A stretch of 64,000 nt of DNA from Candidatus Poribacteria bacterium (GCA_965222225.1 CBDCTK010000002.1:3616001-3680000); one strand, 5' to 3'. Positions 21,396 to 32,948 are shown, counted from the stretch's first letter. Notes: generated from the letters alone by a model not told the origin. Numbers and translations are program-made.

Positions 21396-22523
21396 ATGAA
21401 TGAGCTACTCCAACTCGACAATCGAAAATTGACCCGGAAAATCAATGTTGGCGGCGTGCCGATCGGTGGAAGGAGTCCGATTTCGATTCAGACGATGACC
21501 ACCACCCTCACGCACGACACGGACGCGACCATGCGCCAGATTGACCGCTGTGTGGAGGCGGGCGCTCAAATCGTCCGCGTCGCCGTGCCCGAAGAACGGG
21601 ACTCGAAGGCGCTTTCCACGCTTGTCAAGCGTGCGCCCGTTCCGATTGTCTCCGACATTCATTTCAACTACCGCTACGCACTTGACGCGATTGACTCCGA
21701 TATCGCCAAGGTGCGCATCAACCCCGGCAACATCGGGAGTGAGGAACGAATAGCGCAAGTGCTGAGCACGGCAAAAGCGGCGAATATCCCCATCCGCATC
21801 GGTGTTAACGAAGGCTCCTTGGAAAAAGATTTGCTTGAGAAATATCCCTCTCCAACGGCGGCAGCCCTAGTTGAAAGCGCTATGCGCCATGTCAAAATCT
21901 GCGAAGACCACGATTTCACCGACATCGCCATATCCGTCAAATCAAGCGATCCATTGCGCATGATCGAAGCCAACCGCATGCTCTCTGCGAAGGTGCGCTA
22001 TCCATTGCATTTGGGAGTTACGGAAGCGGGCACGCCACGCAGATCCCATGTGAAATCGACGCTCGGCATCGGCACGCTGCTGATGGAGGGCATCGGAGAC
22101 ACCATCCGCATCTCAATTACCGGCGATCCGGTCGAGGAGGTGCTCACGGCAAAAGAATTGCTGCGCACGTTGGGGTTGACTGAGAATATCCTTGACGTTG
22201 TCTCCTGTCCATTTTGCGGCAGAGGAGATCCCGCAGCCGATTACGAAGGCATTGTTGCCGCTGCCGAAGAGTTGTTGGAGAAGCATGGGATAAAGATTCC
22301 GGTTGCTGTCATGGGATGCGAGGTTAATGGCCCCGGCGAAACCCGAAATGCGGAAGTGGGCATCCATCTCGGCGGCAAAGAGCTTGCTGTCTTGAAGATT
22401 CGCGGCGAGAAAGTTAAGACATTTCGTGGCATAGATGAGGTTAACCCGCAGTTCCTTGCAAACGCGCTGTTGGAAGCAGCCGTGCAAGTCCAGAGCGAAT
22501 CGGGAATTACAGAAGCGCACTGA
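21396..22523 (+). CDS. ispG: (E)-4-hydroxy-3-methylbut-2-enyl-diphosphate synthase
   Basis: DIHF, RINPGN, HLGVTEAG, GDTIRIS, SCPFCGR, MGCEVNGPGE. Confidence 0.97.
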   Translation: MNELLQLDNRKLTRKINVGGVPIGGRSPISIQTMTTTLTHDTDATMRQIDRCVEAGAQIVRVAVPEERDSKALSTLVKRAPVPIVSDIHFNYRYALDAIDSDIAKVRINPGNIGSEERIAQVLSTAKAANIPIRIGVNEGSLEKDLLEKYPSPTAAALVESAMRHVKICEDHDFTDIAISVKSSDPLRMIEANRMLSAKVRYPLHLGVTEAGTPRRSHVKSTLGIGTLLMEGIGDTIRISITGDPVEEVLTAKELLRTLGLTENILDVVSCPFCGRGDPAADYEGIVAAAEELLEKHGIKIPVAVMGCEVNGPGETRNAEVGIHLGGKELAVLKIRGEKVKTFRGIDEVNPQFLANALLEAAVQVQSESGITEAH

Positions 22524-22747
22524 GACGATATTTACGCGGATCGTCTTCACTCCTAACAAACAATAAACCCTTCGTCAAATTTCCGCTTCTTCACGTCACG
22601 TCGAGTCTCAATCGTAAGGAGTTTCCCGTATTTAATTCCTCCCTTGTGAAGCCTGTACGAATCCAAAATCCCGGTGATACTGGCTGAAGGTACGTCGCAC
22701 ATTTATTCGAAACTAACAATCTACTCTTGTAAGAGGCAGTATAACGT

Positions 22748-23923
22748 ATGAAGATTACCAACATTGAAACATTTATTGTGGACGCAGGGTGGCGCCCCTG
22801 GACATTCGTAAAGATTGAGACGGATGAAGGGGTGACCGGGTACGGCGAGTGCAGCGATGGTTCGGCGCCTCACGGGGTCGTGGGAACAATCGAGGACTTG
22901 AAACCGAGGTTAATCGGTGCAGATCCGAGGGCTTTCGAGATGCGTTTCTGGGACATGATTCGAGCCACACGACAGAGTCCCGGCGGGATTGCCGCCAAGG
23001 CTATCGCCGGAATCGACTGTGCGCTCATTGATATCAAGGCAAAGGCGCTCGGGGTTTCTGTCGTCGAACTTTTCGGCGGCCCAACCCGGGATAGCGTGCG
23101 CGTGTATTGGTCTCACTGTGGCACATCTCGTGCGCGGAATTATGAACTCATCGGCGTGCCGCCGCTCAGAACAATGGAGGATATCGCTGATCTCGGGCGC
23201 GAAGTCGTTAATCGAGGTTTCACGGCGCTCAAAACCAACATCGTGTTTCCGGGAGAACCCGCTTCCTTACATTGGGGTGGGTTTGGGAGCGGTGCAGGAA
23301 CAACCGACCAAGTCGCTAGTCCCGAACTCTTGCGACACATCGAAACACTTCTCGGCACATATCGGGATGCCATAGGTCCGGATATTGGTTTGTGTTTAGA
23401 CCTCAACTTTAACTTCAAGACGGAAAGCTGCCTGCGAATCGCCAAAGTGGTGGAACAGTTTGACCTCCAATGGCTCGAAATTGACATGTACGATCCCGAA
23501 GCTATTCTGCAAATCAAGGAGTCAACGACGACACGCATCTGTACAGGAGAAAATCTGTTCTACATGCGGGAATTTATCCCATATTTGGAGTTGCACGCCG
23601 CGGATGTACTGATGATTGATGTTCCGTGGAACGGATTCTCACAGTCCAAGAAGATGGGCGATCTCGCCGAAGTGTATCAAACGAACATTGCCCCTCACAA
23701 TTATTATAGCCATCTCGCTTCATACATTAGCGCGAGCCTATGCGCGGTCTTGCCGAATGTCCGCATCATGGAAATTGACATTGACGATGTCCCATGGAAG
23801 GATGACCTTGTGACCGACCCTCCCGAGATTATTGAGGGTTACATGACAGTGCCGACAAAGCCCGGCTGGGGAACAGACTTGGACGAAGATGAGGTCATAA
23901 AGCACCTATGGCAAAACCGATAA
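22748..23923 (+). CDS. Mandelate racemase/muconate lactonizing enzyme family dehydratase
   Basis: VKIETDEGVTGYGE, metal ligands D(LN)/E(ID)/GE(N), APHN, PGWG. Confidence 0.9.
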   Translation: MKITNIETFIVDAGWRPWTFVKIETDEGVTGYGECSDGSAPHGVVGTIEDLKPRLIGADPRAFEMRFWDMIRATRQSPGGIAAKAIAGIDCALIDIKAKALGVSVVELFGGPTRDSVRVYWSHCGTSRARNYELIGVPPLRTMEDIADLGREVVNRGFTALKTNIVFPGEPASLHWGGFGSGAGTTDQVASPELLRHIETLLGTYRDAIGPDIGLCLDLNFNFKTESCLRIAKVVEQFDLQWLEIDMYDPEAILQIKESTTTRICTGENLFYMREFIPYLELHAADVLMIDVPWNGFSQSKKMGDLAEVYQTNIAPHNYYSHLASYISASLCAVLPNVRIMEIDIDDVPWKDDLVTDPPEIIEGYMTVPTKPGWGTDLDEDEVIKHLWQNR

Positions 23924-24060
23924 ATGACGTCGCGGAAATCAAGGTTCGTGGCTAGTCAAAGAAACAATTTAGGCATAATCCTAATCGCGTTAAGTTCAAG
24001 ATTACGTAGATCGCAATCAGAATCGAATCCAAAACCGAAACACATTATGGAGTGGCACGA

Positions 24061-24375
24061 ATGAAAGCACCAGATGAATGCGCGAATATGGCGGACATAC
24101 GTGCGGAAATTGACCGTATCGATCGAGAGGTCATCGCGATAATAGGCAAACGCCTTCAATATGTGAAAGCGGCGGCACGATTCAAAACCAGCGCGGAGGG
24201 CGCGAAAGATACGAGCGTACGAGATATGCACCGGGTAAAATCCATGCTGAGACAGCGCAGGCATTGGGCAGAAGAGGAAGGGCTTTCTCCGGACGCAATT
24301 GAGAAAATTTACAGCGACCTCGTGGAATACTTCATCAATGAAGAGATGACGAAGTGGAAAGCGGAAAAAGGTTAG
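24061..24375 (+). CDS. Chorismate mutase type II / isochorismate-pyruvate lyase (PchB-like)
   Basis: MKAPDEC..MADIRAEIDRID...R..YV..AARFK...R...ML..RR.WA. Confidence 0.85.
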   Translation: MKAPDECANMADIRAEIDRIDREVIAIIGKRLQYVKAAARFKTSAEGAKDTSVRDMHRVKSMLRQRRHWAEEEGLSPDAIEKIYSDLVEYFINEEMTKWKAEKG

Positions 24376-24486
24376 GCGACGGTATTCCCCTAAAACTCAC
24401 TTTCCTCGGAGGCATCACGTCGGTCAGGTGATGTGTCCTTTAGTCTCTCTTCCCGTAAATCTCTGCCGTGTTGTGAAAGGAACAAG

Positions 24487-25767
24487 ATGGACGTTTTAGT
24501 TGTTGGCGGAAACGGACGAGAACATGCGCTGGTATGGAAGATTGTTCAGAGCCACCTTGTCGACAAAGTCTACTGTGTTCCGGGAAACGCCGGAATCTCC
24601 GAACTTGCCGAATGTCGATCGATGCCGTGGGAAGATAACTTTGGCGAACTGGCGGATTTTGCGGAATCCGTGAAAATCGGCTTGACCGTTGTTGGTCCCG
24701 AGGCACCGCTGGCGAATGGCATAGTCGATGCCTTCCACGAGCGCGGACTTCGCGTTTTTGGTCCAAACCGGAAGGCGGCAATACTTGAAGCCAGCAAAGA
24801 TTTCGCCAAGAATCTGATGGTCGAAAACGGAATCCCAACAGCCGTCCACCGCACGTTCGAGAATCCGGACGAAGCAATCGCTTATATCAAAGAGGTTCGT
24901 TCCCCCGTTTTCGTCAAAGCAGACGGACTTGCCGCAGGCAAAGGCGCAATTCCCGGCAGAACAGTGGAGAAGGCAATTCAGGCGGTAAAGACAATCATGG
25001 TTGACCGCGAGTTCGATGATGCCGGGGACCAAGTCATTATCGAAGAGGAATTAATCGGTGAGGAAGCCTCATTCTTTGTATTCACTGACGGGAGCGACTG
25101 CCTCCCTTTGGCGAGTTCACAAGACCACAAGATGTCGTTAGACGGCGATCAGGGCAAGAACACGGGAGGAATGGGTGCGTATTCTCCGGCGCCCGTTATA
25201 ACCCCCGAGCTTCAAGATTATGTAATGGACCGAATTGTTTACCCGACAATTAACGGCATGCGTTCGCAGGAACGAGTTTTCAAAGGCGTGTTGTATATCG
25301 GCTTGATGATAACAAGCGGCGGACCGAAGGTCGTCGAATATAATTGCCGATTTGGAGATCCGGAAGCACAAGTCCTTTTGCCGCGGATGGAGACAGATCT
25401 TGTACCTATACTGGAAGCGTGTATTGATGGGACTCTAGCCGATGTTGAAGTGGCATGGAAACCGGGTTCGGCGGCTTGCGTTGTGATGGCGTCGGGCGGA
25501 TATCCGGACGCCTACGAAAAAGGAAAGGTCATCACGGGGTTGAATGTCGCCAATGCGCTGGAGGACATCGCAGTCTTTCACGCGGCTACCAAAGCGCAAA
25601 ACGGCCAGGTTGTGACTGATGGCGGGCGCATCCTTGGAGTTACGGCGCTTGCGAGTGACCTAAAATCGGCGGTAGATCGTGCATATCAAGGGGTCGGCGA
25701 AATTGACTTCGATCAAGCCCACTTTCGAACGGATATCGGTTATCGGGCGCTCGACCGAGCAAACTAG
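24487..25767 (+). CDS. purD: Phosphoribosylamine-glycine ligase
   Basis: GGNGREHA, PGNAG, GPEAPL, KADGLAAGKG, NTGGMGAYSP, EYNCRFGDPE. Confidence 0.97.
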   Translation: MDVLVVGGNGREHALVWKIVQSHLVDKVYCVPGNAGISELAECRSMPWEDNFGELADFAESVKIGLTVVGPEAPLANGIVDAFHERGLRVFGPNRKAAILEASKDFAKNLMVENGIPTAVHRTFENPDEAIAYIKEVRSPVFVKADGLAAGKGAIPGRTVEKAIQAVKTIMVDREFDDAGDQVIIEEELIGEEASFFVFTDGSDCLPLASSQDHKMSLDGDQGKNTGGMGAYSPAPVITPELQDYVMDRIVYPTINGMRSQERVFKGVLYIGLMITSGGPKVVEYNCRFGDPEAQVLLPRMETDLVPILEACIDGTLADVEVAWKPGSAACVVMASGGYPDAYEKGKVITGLNVANALEDIAVFHAATKAQNGQVVTDGGRILGVTALASDLKSAVDRAYQGVGEIDFDQAHFRTDIGYRALDRAN

Positions 25768-25851
25768 GGTGGCAGTGCACCAACTCCCGTCGGCACATCT
25801 CTCCCAGCTCATGTCTAGATTTCAAAACTCAATTCAATATGTGGAGGCAGA

Positions 25852-26874
25852 AGGCACGTATTGATGATTGGCGGCACACGGTTCATGGGCCGCTTCGCCG
25901 TATGAAAACTGCTTGATGCCGGTGACAAAGTCACCATCTTCTCGCGCGGGAACACCAAGCCCGACTGGTGGAATGAGGTTGAGCATATCCGAGGCGATCG
26001 AGACGAGATTGAAGAATTCAAAGCAAAATTGAAGGGAAGAGCCTTTGATGCCGTCATTGATACACAAGCTTTTGTGAGAGTGCATGTCGAATCAGCGGTG
26101 ACGGCGCTTGAGGGCAACCTTGGTCGCTATCTCTTCGTAAATACCGGCTCGGTATATTTCGACATAGGTTTCGATTTCATTAAGCACTGCCCCTTCAAAG
26201 AGACGGATGTGGACTGGAGTATTATTGACTATTCCTATCCCGATGGGATAAATCCCTACGGTGTGGGCAAGCGCCACTCCGAGAAGTGGCTGCAGGAAAG
26301 TAACCCGATTCCATACACTATTGTCAGAATTCCCTCAATGCTGGGCGAAGATGACAATGAAGAACGATCGTGATGGCCGCAACGCGCGTTGGATGGATGC
26401 TCGATCGTCGTGCCCGCAGAAAATCGTGGCGTGCTCCGCTGCCTGTATGCGGCTGATGCTGCAGAGGCGTGGATTCGCGCAATCAAGTCGCCTAACGCTG
26501 TAAACCAGACATACCACATCGCCTCTCAGGAGATTATCACGATAGAGTAGTGGGCGAAGCTTGTGATTGACGCGGCCGGCACTGAATCCGTACTCACGCC
26601 CATTCCTCTGGAATTCATACATAGACAGAATGGGCTTGAGAATTATGCCGGACGTCTGAGTCGCGACTACCCGTGTATCCATTACCTCACCAAAACCGAG
26701 CAGGACTTAGGATTTACCACCCCTCCTGTCGGGCAATGGGTTCGGAACATGGCACGTTGGTATCGAGATTGTTATGACGGAGAGGACGCGGCGGGATATG
26801 TACACCGCAATGCCGAGATAGCCGTGGCGGCTAAGTGGAACGAGGCGCACAGCAAATTAGTATCGGGAGGTTGA
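25852..26874 (+). pseudogene. NAD-dependent epimerase/dehydratase (extended SDR) pseudogene
   Basis: One frame runs from GGTRFMG through YGVGK, with in-frame stops at about 25902, 26371 and 26548. The start codon appears mutated (AGG after a GGAGG SD). Confidence 0.85.
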
Positions 26875-27260
26875 TTTGCTATTTGAACGGTGTAAAGGGA
26901 CGAGACACGTTAATTAGGATTTATGAATGGTATTGTTTTCATCGCAGGTTTGGAGCCTGATTGAAAGTCTATTTGTAGTAGTCCTGTTCCCCGTATTAAG
27001 CCCCAGCGGGGATCAAGCGAACGGATAGTGAGTGCGATCGAGACCCCACAGGTTTATATCAGGTGACAGCAATAACATGAAAACGCTCTTCCTCAGATTG
27101 CCATAAAAGACTTTTCCACCTATTATTCAAGCCGGCTCCTAGCTTGGAATCTTTCGCTCCAGAAGATTGAGGGTGGCGTGAAAGGAAACCTTCCATCCTT
27201 CCAATCCCATCCTATCCTTCCTAGTCGATGCGGAAGATAAACTCTTACCTTGAAACTTGC

Positions 27261-28937
27261 TCAATATTCATCCTCATATCGAATCGTATAGCGATACCCT
27301 TGCTCAGTGAGGAACAGTTGCCGGTTGATAGCAAATTCCTGATCTCGCGAATCTCGGGTGACAATCGAGTAAAAGTGCGCGATTGAGCCATCCGATTTGG
27401 GACGCAAGATTCGTCCAAGCCGCTGCGCTTCCTCTTGGCGCGATCCAAAGGTGCCAGATATTTGTATCGCAACGTTGGCGTCCGGAAGGTCAATGGCGAA
27501 ATTCGCGACTTTCGACACAACAAGAAGTCCGATTTCGCCCTGTCGAAACTGTCCGTACAGTTTAGCACGATTGGTGTTGGATGTTTGCCCTGTAATCAAC
27601 GGCGCATTCAGACGCGTCGAGATTTCATTGAGCTGATTTATGTATTGACCGATGACGAGCACCTGATCGTCTCGATGTTGTTCAATAAGTGCGTGCACAA
27701 TCTCGAATTTTCGCGGATTCTCGGAAGCGACGCGAAATTTCTGTCGGGAACTCGCAATCGCGTACTCCATGCGTAAGCCGTCCGGCAAATCCACACGAAT
27801 CTCCGTGCATTCCGCGGTAGCAATCCATCCTTGCGCTTCCAGCTCCTTCCAAGGCACATCATATTTTTTCGGGCCTATCAGACTAAACACCTCATCCTCC
27901 TGCCCATCTTCACGCACAAGCGTCGCTGTCAACCCAAGCCGTCGCCGCGCCTGAATCTCGGCGGTCATGCGGAACACGGGGGCCGGCAAGAGATGTACCT
28001 CATCGTAGATAATCAGCCCCCAATCCATCTCCGAAAACAGGCCAAGGTGCACAAAGTTGTCAGATTTCTTTTTGCGATACGTGAGGATTTGGTACGTGGT
28101 CACAGTGATTGGTCGAATTTCCTTGCGTTCACCGCTATATTCACCGACATCTTCCGGAGGGATGGTCGTCTTGTCGAGAAGTTCCTCAATCCATTGGCGC
28201 ACAGCGATCGTGGTGGTTGAAAGAATCAGCGTATAGCACTTCGTCTTGAATATGCTGCCAAGCCCAACAATCGTTTTGCCGGCGCCGCACGGCAGGACGA
28301 TAACACCGCTCCCTCCGCGACTATCGCCGCCCGCGTAGAAAACCGTTGCGGCCTCGCGCTGGTAGTCCCGAAGACTGAAATCGAGACCGGCTAGAGTAAC
28401 CTCTCGTGGCGAAATCTCGAGAAATTTGCCCTGAACATAACCGGCAAGATCTTCGACTGGAAATCCAATCTTAATCAGCGCCTGTTTGAGATGCCCCCGA
28501 AGATGACCCGGAACCCTGACGGTATGAGAATCCACTTGCTCGCCCAAGAGATTCTTTACTGGTTGACTATGCGTTATTTCAGTAATAAGCGCCGGTTCAT
28601 CTGCAGACAAGACTAGACCGCCATCTTGCTCGGTCAATTTAACGCGCCCATACCGAGAGACATAATCCTTAATCTCCGCAATGATGTTCTGTGGCACATC
28701 ATATTTTGTGTACCGTTCAAGCGTATCCAAGATGTAATCCGCCTGAACTCCTGAAGCGGCGCCATTCCATAGCGAAAGTGCCGTAATCCGATAGGTGTGG
28801 ATATGTTCAGGACTCTTTTCAAGCTCGGCGAAACGTGCCAATTCATCACGAGCGGACTCGTAAGCCGAATTATCGACTTCTAGGAGAACAGTCCGATCGC
28901 TTTGGACAATCATGGGATTCTGAGGATTGTATCGCAT
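27261..28937 (-). CDS. XPB/Ssl2-like DNA repair helicase
   Basis: ELEKSPEHIHTY, LPCGAGKT, DEVH, GLTATLVREDG (RED), QRLGRILR. Confidence 0.93.
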   Translation of the reverse strand: MRYNPQNPMIVQSDRTVLLEVDNSAYESARDELARFAELEKSPEHIHTYRITALSLWNGAASGVQADYILDTLERYTKYDVPQNIIAEIKDYVSRYGRVKLTEQDGGLVLSADEPALITEITHSQPVKNLLGEQVDSHTVRVPGHLRGHLKQALIKIGFPVEDLAGYVQGKFLEISPREVTLAGLDFSLRDYQREAATVFYAGGDSRGGSGVIVLPCGAGKTIVGLGSIFKTKCYTLILSTTTIAVRQWIEELLDKTTIPPEDVGEYSGERKEIRPITVTTYQILTYRKKKSDNFVHLGLFSEMDWGLIIYDEVHLLPAPVFRMTAEIQARRRLGLTATLVREDGQEDEVFSLIGPKKYDVPWKELEAQGWIATAECTEIRVDLPDGLRMEYAIASSRQKFRVASENPRKFEIVHALIEQHRDDQVLVIGQYINQLNEISTRLNAPLITGQTSNTNRAKLYGQFRQGEIGLLVVSKVANFAIDLPDANVAIQISGTFGSRQEEAQRLGRILRPKSDGSIAHFYSIVTRDSRDQEFAINRQLFLTEQGYRYTIRYEDEY

Positions 28938-29117
28938 CTGTTTTTTGTAAGTGTTGAATGGCTAGTGATTAGTAACAACCCTGAAGGCATAGACCGGCAA
29001 TGATTGGGAGCCTATCTAAGGGAAGAAATCGGCGATTTCACGATTGCCAATCGAGTTGTTGATTGGAGAAAGTGAAGCAATCGTCAGGTTTTAGGGATGC
29101 GCTACTAGCAGGAGAAA

Positions 29118-29630
29118 TTAACATTCAGTGCCGATTGTCGGAGGAGGAGAGAACACGCGCACAATTGCCCAAGTAGTCGCCCGACGGAGTAAGGCATCAA
29201 TTCGTTCCTGTAAGATTGGGTGGATTACATCCGGCGCAATCTCCGCAAAGGGCTCAAGCACGAATCGGCGCTGATGCATTTCCGGGTGGGGAATGGCTAG
29301 CCTAGGCGAGTTGACACAAAACCCATCGTAAATGAGGATGTCAAGATCTATCTCCCTTGGTCCCCAGCGAATGCGCCGCTGCCGCCCAACCTTCCTCTCG
29401 ATTTCTTGCAATGTCGCCAGCAATCTTTGCGGCAGCAAATCCGTTTCCACCCGCACGACACCGTTTAGGAACCAGTCTTGTTCATCATTGCCTACAGGCT
29501 CAGTCTCGTAGATGGACGAAACTTGCACCACTGAAGTGCATTGTTCACCAGATAGGTAGTCCAAGGCTTGGCGGATATACGATTGACGATCCCCAACATT
29601 AGATCCGAATCCGATGTATGCGTATGACAT
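29118..29630 (-). CDS. folK: 2-amino-4-hydroxy-6-hydroxymethyldihydropteridine diphosphokinase
   Basis: GSNVGD, SSIYETEP, FLN, RWGPREIDLDIL, PHP, RRFVL. Confidence 0.96.
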   Translation of the reverse strand: MSYAYIGFGSNVGDRQSYIRQALDYLSGEQCTSVVQVSSIYETEPVGNDEQDWFLNGVVRVETDLLPQRLLATLQEIERKVGRQRRIRWGPREIDLDILIYDGFCVNSPRLAIPHPEMHQRRFVLEPFAEIAPDVIHPILQERIDALLRRATTWAIVRVFSPPPTIGTEC

Positions 29631-29711
29631 GATGTTAGTTTGAGACGTGATAAATACTCCTGTCTCAAACGTGGACAGTCAAAAACCTGGATTCTGTGGC
29701 AGGAGATCACA

Positions 29712-30728
29712 CTATGAACCCGTAGCACTATGTTCGGTTGACACTTGAAAATCAGTTAACAAGCTCATTTGGATGTATGATGTATCCCTAGCATTAATAG
29801 AAGAACCGCTTGGTTCTTCGGGCGGCGTTTTTTTCAGATAACGAAGGATATCCAGCACACCATTTCGCGGATTTAGTTTGCGGCCACCCAACCGAATCAG
29901 ATCGGTGTTTCCTTCTGGCGGCTTTACGAAGTATTCTGGATCAACGATAAAGAGCGGGAGATTCATCTTAAGCGCTGCCTTCCCAGTATCAAAGGAGCCG
30001 CTCATTTTGCCATTCGCATTTCGCTCGGGCCCCGATTCAATCACGACAACCGCTTTAGAAAGCGCACAAATTAATGTGTTCCGCATCATCGCGTGGCGGG
30101 CTAACCACTTGGCATCAGGTGCAAATGGCGAGACAGCAAGCACATCACGTCCCCAGTTGAAATTCCTAAATGCTTTTTTCTGCCGCAATCCGGTGATGCC
30201 GTGCGGAAGCACAAGTGTCGTTGTTCCGCCTGACGCCAACGCGGCTGAGTGGGCTTCGGAATCCACACCTTTGGCGTATCCGGATACGACATTTATTCCT
30301 TCTCTCGCAAGCCCGGTGGCAATCGTTCGTGCGGCACGGATTCCTTCATTCGAAACGTCCCTTGCTCCAACAATTGCAACTCCATCCGATGTCAGGAGTT
30401 TGTGTTGTCCTTTGATAAACAGAATCGGCGAAATTTCAAGCAGGTGTTGCGGGAAATTCGGATGCGACGGATACAGCATAGTGATTCCCGCATCCTTAAG
30501 TCTCAGATATTCGTTATAGATTTCTTGGCAATCCTCTACGCGAATCCTGCCATTGAGGATATTGGCTAATTGTGGAAATTGAGACAACAACTCGGTTGGA
30601 TTCAGTGGAAGAGTTTCAGGTTGGCGCTGATGCTTATGCAAGATCTTCGCGATGGAAGCGAGTTTTTTGGGCCCAATTCCGTGCGTTTTGCATAACCATA
30701 TCCAAAAGTAAGGGGCTTTTACTCTCAT
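29712..30728 (-). CDS. DprA/Smf-like protein, atypical, without a winged-helix C-terminal domain
   Basis: VAIVGAR, VVSGYAKGVD..AH, RN..I..LS..V.VIES. Confidence 0.88.
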   Translation of the reverse strand: MRVKAPYFWIWLCKTHGIGPKKLASIAKILHKHQRQPETLPLNPTELLSQFPQLANILNGRIRVEDCQEIYNEYLRLKDAGITMLYPSHPNFPQHLLEISPILFIKGQHKLLTSDGVAIVGARDVSNEGIRAARTIATGLAREGINVVSGYAKGVDSEAHSAALASGGTTTLVLPHGITGLRQKKAFRNFNWGRDVLAVSPFAPDAKWLARHAMMRNTLICALSKAVVVIESGPERNANGKMSGSFDTGKAALKMNLPLFIVDPEYFVKPPEGNTDLIRLGGRKLNPRNGVLDILRYLKKTPPEEPSGSSINARDTSYIQMSLLTDFQVSTEHSATGS

Positions 30729-30925
30729 TGTTGCGTCCCCGTTTGCGTGAGTGTTAAGAGGAGCATCCGGGATATACTACCCATACCACGGAGACCGCGG
30801 GTGGCTTGGAATAGGGTTTTCCAAAGTCGGATAGACGGTCAGCGATCAGCACGCAGGTTCGGTTCCCGTGCGAGGTTGGATGTCAAGTGTTCGCTGGAGG
30901 TATTCCCGTTTACTCTTGTAACTCA
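30725..30925 (-). pseudogene. C-terminal remnant of a ComF-like phosphoribosyltransferase, coupled to the DprA-like gene
   Basis: Joining across two frameshifts gives SYKSKREYLQRTLDIQ..VLIADRLSDFGK/TLFQATRGLRGMG...LLLTLTQT..*. The TGA overlaps the DprA ATG (ATGA). Confidence 0.55.
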
Positions 30926-31299
30926 CAAATTTACTACTATATGGTGAACTTGCCCTCACCCCAGTGAAATGCTGGCGGAGGACATTCACTACTAAACAAA
31001 ACGATGGATTTTATTCATCGTTTCATTTGCGCCATGCCGAAATGCAAGCAAACGCGCAAAATCTTGACGCCTAGAGGGACGGGGCACGAGTTTGGACGGA
31101 AAGAAATTTTTTACCAGAAACACGGAAAGACTTGCCCCAATCGCAAAAAAACATCCTGTAGGTTGGGTTGGACGATCGTGCGACCGAATTTTGTTGAGGA
31201 AGGAATTATTTTGCACGTTTGGTGACACCACGCCTAGCGATCTCAGCCAATTAGGGAACGCAAACCTGCGTTCCCTAAGGTCAGGAAGTGTCTCCCAAA

Positions 31300-32541
31300 T
31301 CACGCATCGACATATTTGCGAATGGCGATCGACGTGTTGTGACCGCCAAAACCAAAAGCGTTAGACAGTGCAACTCGAATATCGGCACGTCGTCCCTCAT
31401 TGGGGACATAATCCAGATCGCAGTCGGGATCAGGAGTTACGTAGTTTATGGTGGGAGGGACATAACCTTTCTCAAGCGCACACGCGGTAGCGATAAGTTC
31501 TACTGCACCCGCGGCTCCCAGCAGGTGTCCCATCATCGATTTGGTGGAACTCACGGCAATCCGTTTTGCGTGAGAACCAAATAGGTTCTTTATTGCCAAC
31601 GTTTCAGCAATATCTCCCGGCGGCGTTGAAGTTCCGTGGGCATTGATGTAGTCAACCTCCTCCAGCTCGACGCCGGCATCCTTCAAGGCGAATTCCATCG
31701 CCTTTGAGGCACCCTCGCCATCTTCGCCCGGATGCACCATATCATAGGCGTCAGAACTCATGCCATACCCCACTATCTCCGCGTAGATACGTGCGTTACG
31801 ATTCAGCGCGTGGGTCAAAGATTCCAGTACCAATACTCCTGCGCCTTCGCCCATGACGAATCCGTCCCGATCTTTATCGAACGGACGGCTTGCATGCTCG
31901 GGTTCATCGTTGCGCACTGACATCGCACGCATGCTGCAAAAGCCAGCATAGCTCAATGGAGTAATCGCGGCTTCCGTACCCCCGGCAAACATCACATCGG
32001 CATCACCTCGCTGGACGATCCGATACGCCTCGCCAATCGAATTGTTCGACGTCGCGCAGGCGGTGACCGATGCGAAGTTGGGTCCCTTGAGCTTCAGGTG
32101 GATAGAAATTTGACCTGCAGCCATGTTGATGATTTCATACGGCACGAAGAACGGGCTGACACGGCTAGGTCCCTTTTCCATCAGTAGTCGTGCATTGTCT
32201 TCAAGGACGCTTATGCCTCCGATGCCGGACCCCACACCAACACCCGCACGGTAAGGATCAGAATCGGACAGGTCAAGTGCTGCATCCTGTTGTGCCATTA
32301 TTGCCGAAACAAGTGCATACTGGATGACCAAGGGAAAACGCTTCGCGGCTTTCGGCGATAGGTACCTCCCCGGCTCAAACCCTTTGACCTCGCCGCCTAT
32401 TTGTGTCCGAAAGTCCGTCGGATCGAAATGCGTTAGGCGATCTATGCCGTTCTTGCCCGCTGCGAGTGACGCCCAGAACTCCTCCTTGGAGTTGCCAATC
32501 GGGCTAATGACACCAAATCCAGTAATAACTACGCGCTCCAC
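31300..32541 (-). CDS. fabF: Beta-ketoacyl-ACP synthase II
   Basis: [29 protein letters not shown]. Confidence 0.97.
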   Translation of the reverse strand: MERVVITGFGVISPIGNSKEEFWASLAAGKNGIDRLTHFDPTDFRTQIGGEVKGFEPGRYLSPKAAKRFPLVIQYALVSAIMAQQDAALDLSDSDPYRAGVGVGSGIGGISVLEDNARLLMEKGPSRVSPFFVPYEIINMAAGQISIHLKLKGPNFASVTACATSNNSIGEAYRIVQRGDADVMFAGGTEAAITPLSYAGFCSMRAMSVRNDEPEHASRPFDKDRDGFVMGEGAGVLVLESLTHALNRNARIYAEIVGYGMSSDAYDMVHPGEDGEGASKAMEFALKDAGVELEEVDYINAHGTSTPPGDIAETLAIKNLFGSHAKRIAVSSTKSMMGHLLGAAGAVELIATACALEKGYVPPTINYVTPDPDCDLDYVPNEGRRADIRVALSNAFGFGGHNTSIAIRKYVDA

Positions 32542-32630
32542 AGGCTATACCCCTTCTACAATCGACAGATGCCAATTCAAAGTTTCGCGTTTTCGAGGGT
32601 GCCCACAAGGGGCAAAATCAACGCACTTCG

Positions 32631-32867
32631 CTATTCAGCGTGTGATTTCATGTAATTGAGTGCATCTTGAACGGTTCGAATCTTCTCAGCTTCGCTGTCG
32701 GGGATTTCCAGGTCAAATTCCTCTTCAAGCGCCATGATTAATTCGACCGTGTCCAAAGAATCAGCTCCCAGGTCATCCATGAACGATGCATCAGGAGTGA
32801 CCTGATCTTCGTCAATCTGCAACTGTTCCGCAATAATTGTGACAATTCTATCCGTTTCTAATGCCAT
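32631..32867 (-). CDS. acpP: Acyl carrier protein
   Basis: [12 protein letters not shown]. Confidence 0.97.
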   Translation of the reverse strand: MALETDRIVTIIAEQLQIDEDQVTPDASFMDDLGADSLDTVELIMALEEEFDLEIPDSEAEKIRTVQDALNYMKSHAE

Positions 32868-32948
32868 CAGTCCGGTTTAACCTCCTAAGGGTGTTGAGAA
32901 TTACGGCTTCAAGAACCGATTTTAATTTCCGATTGTTTGACAACCGGT

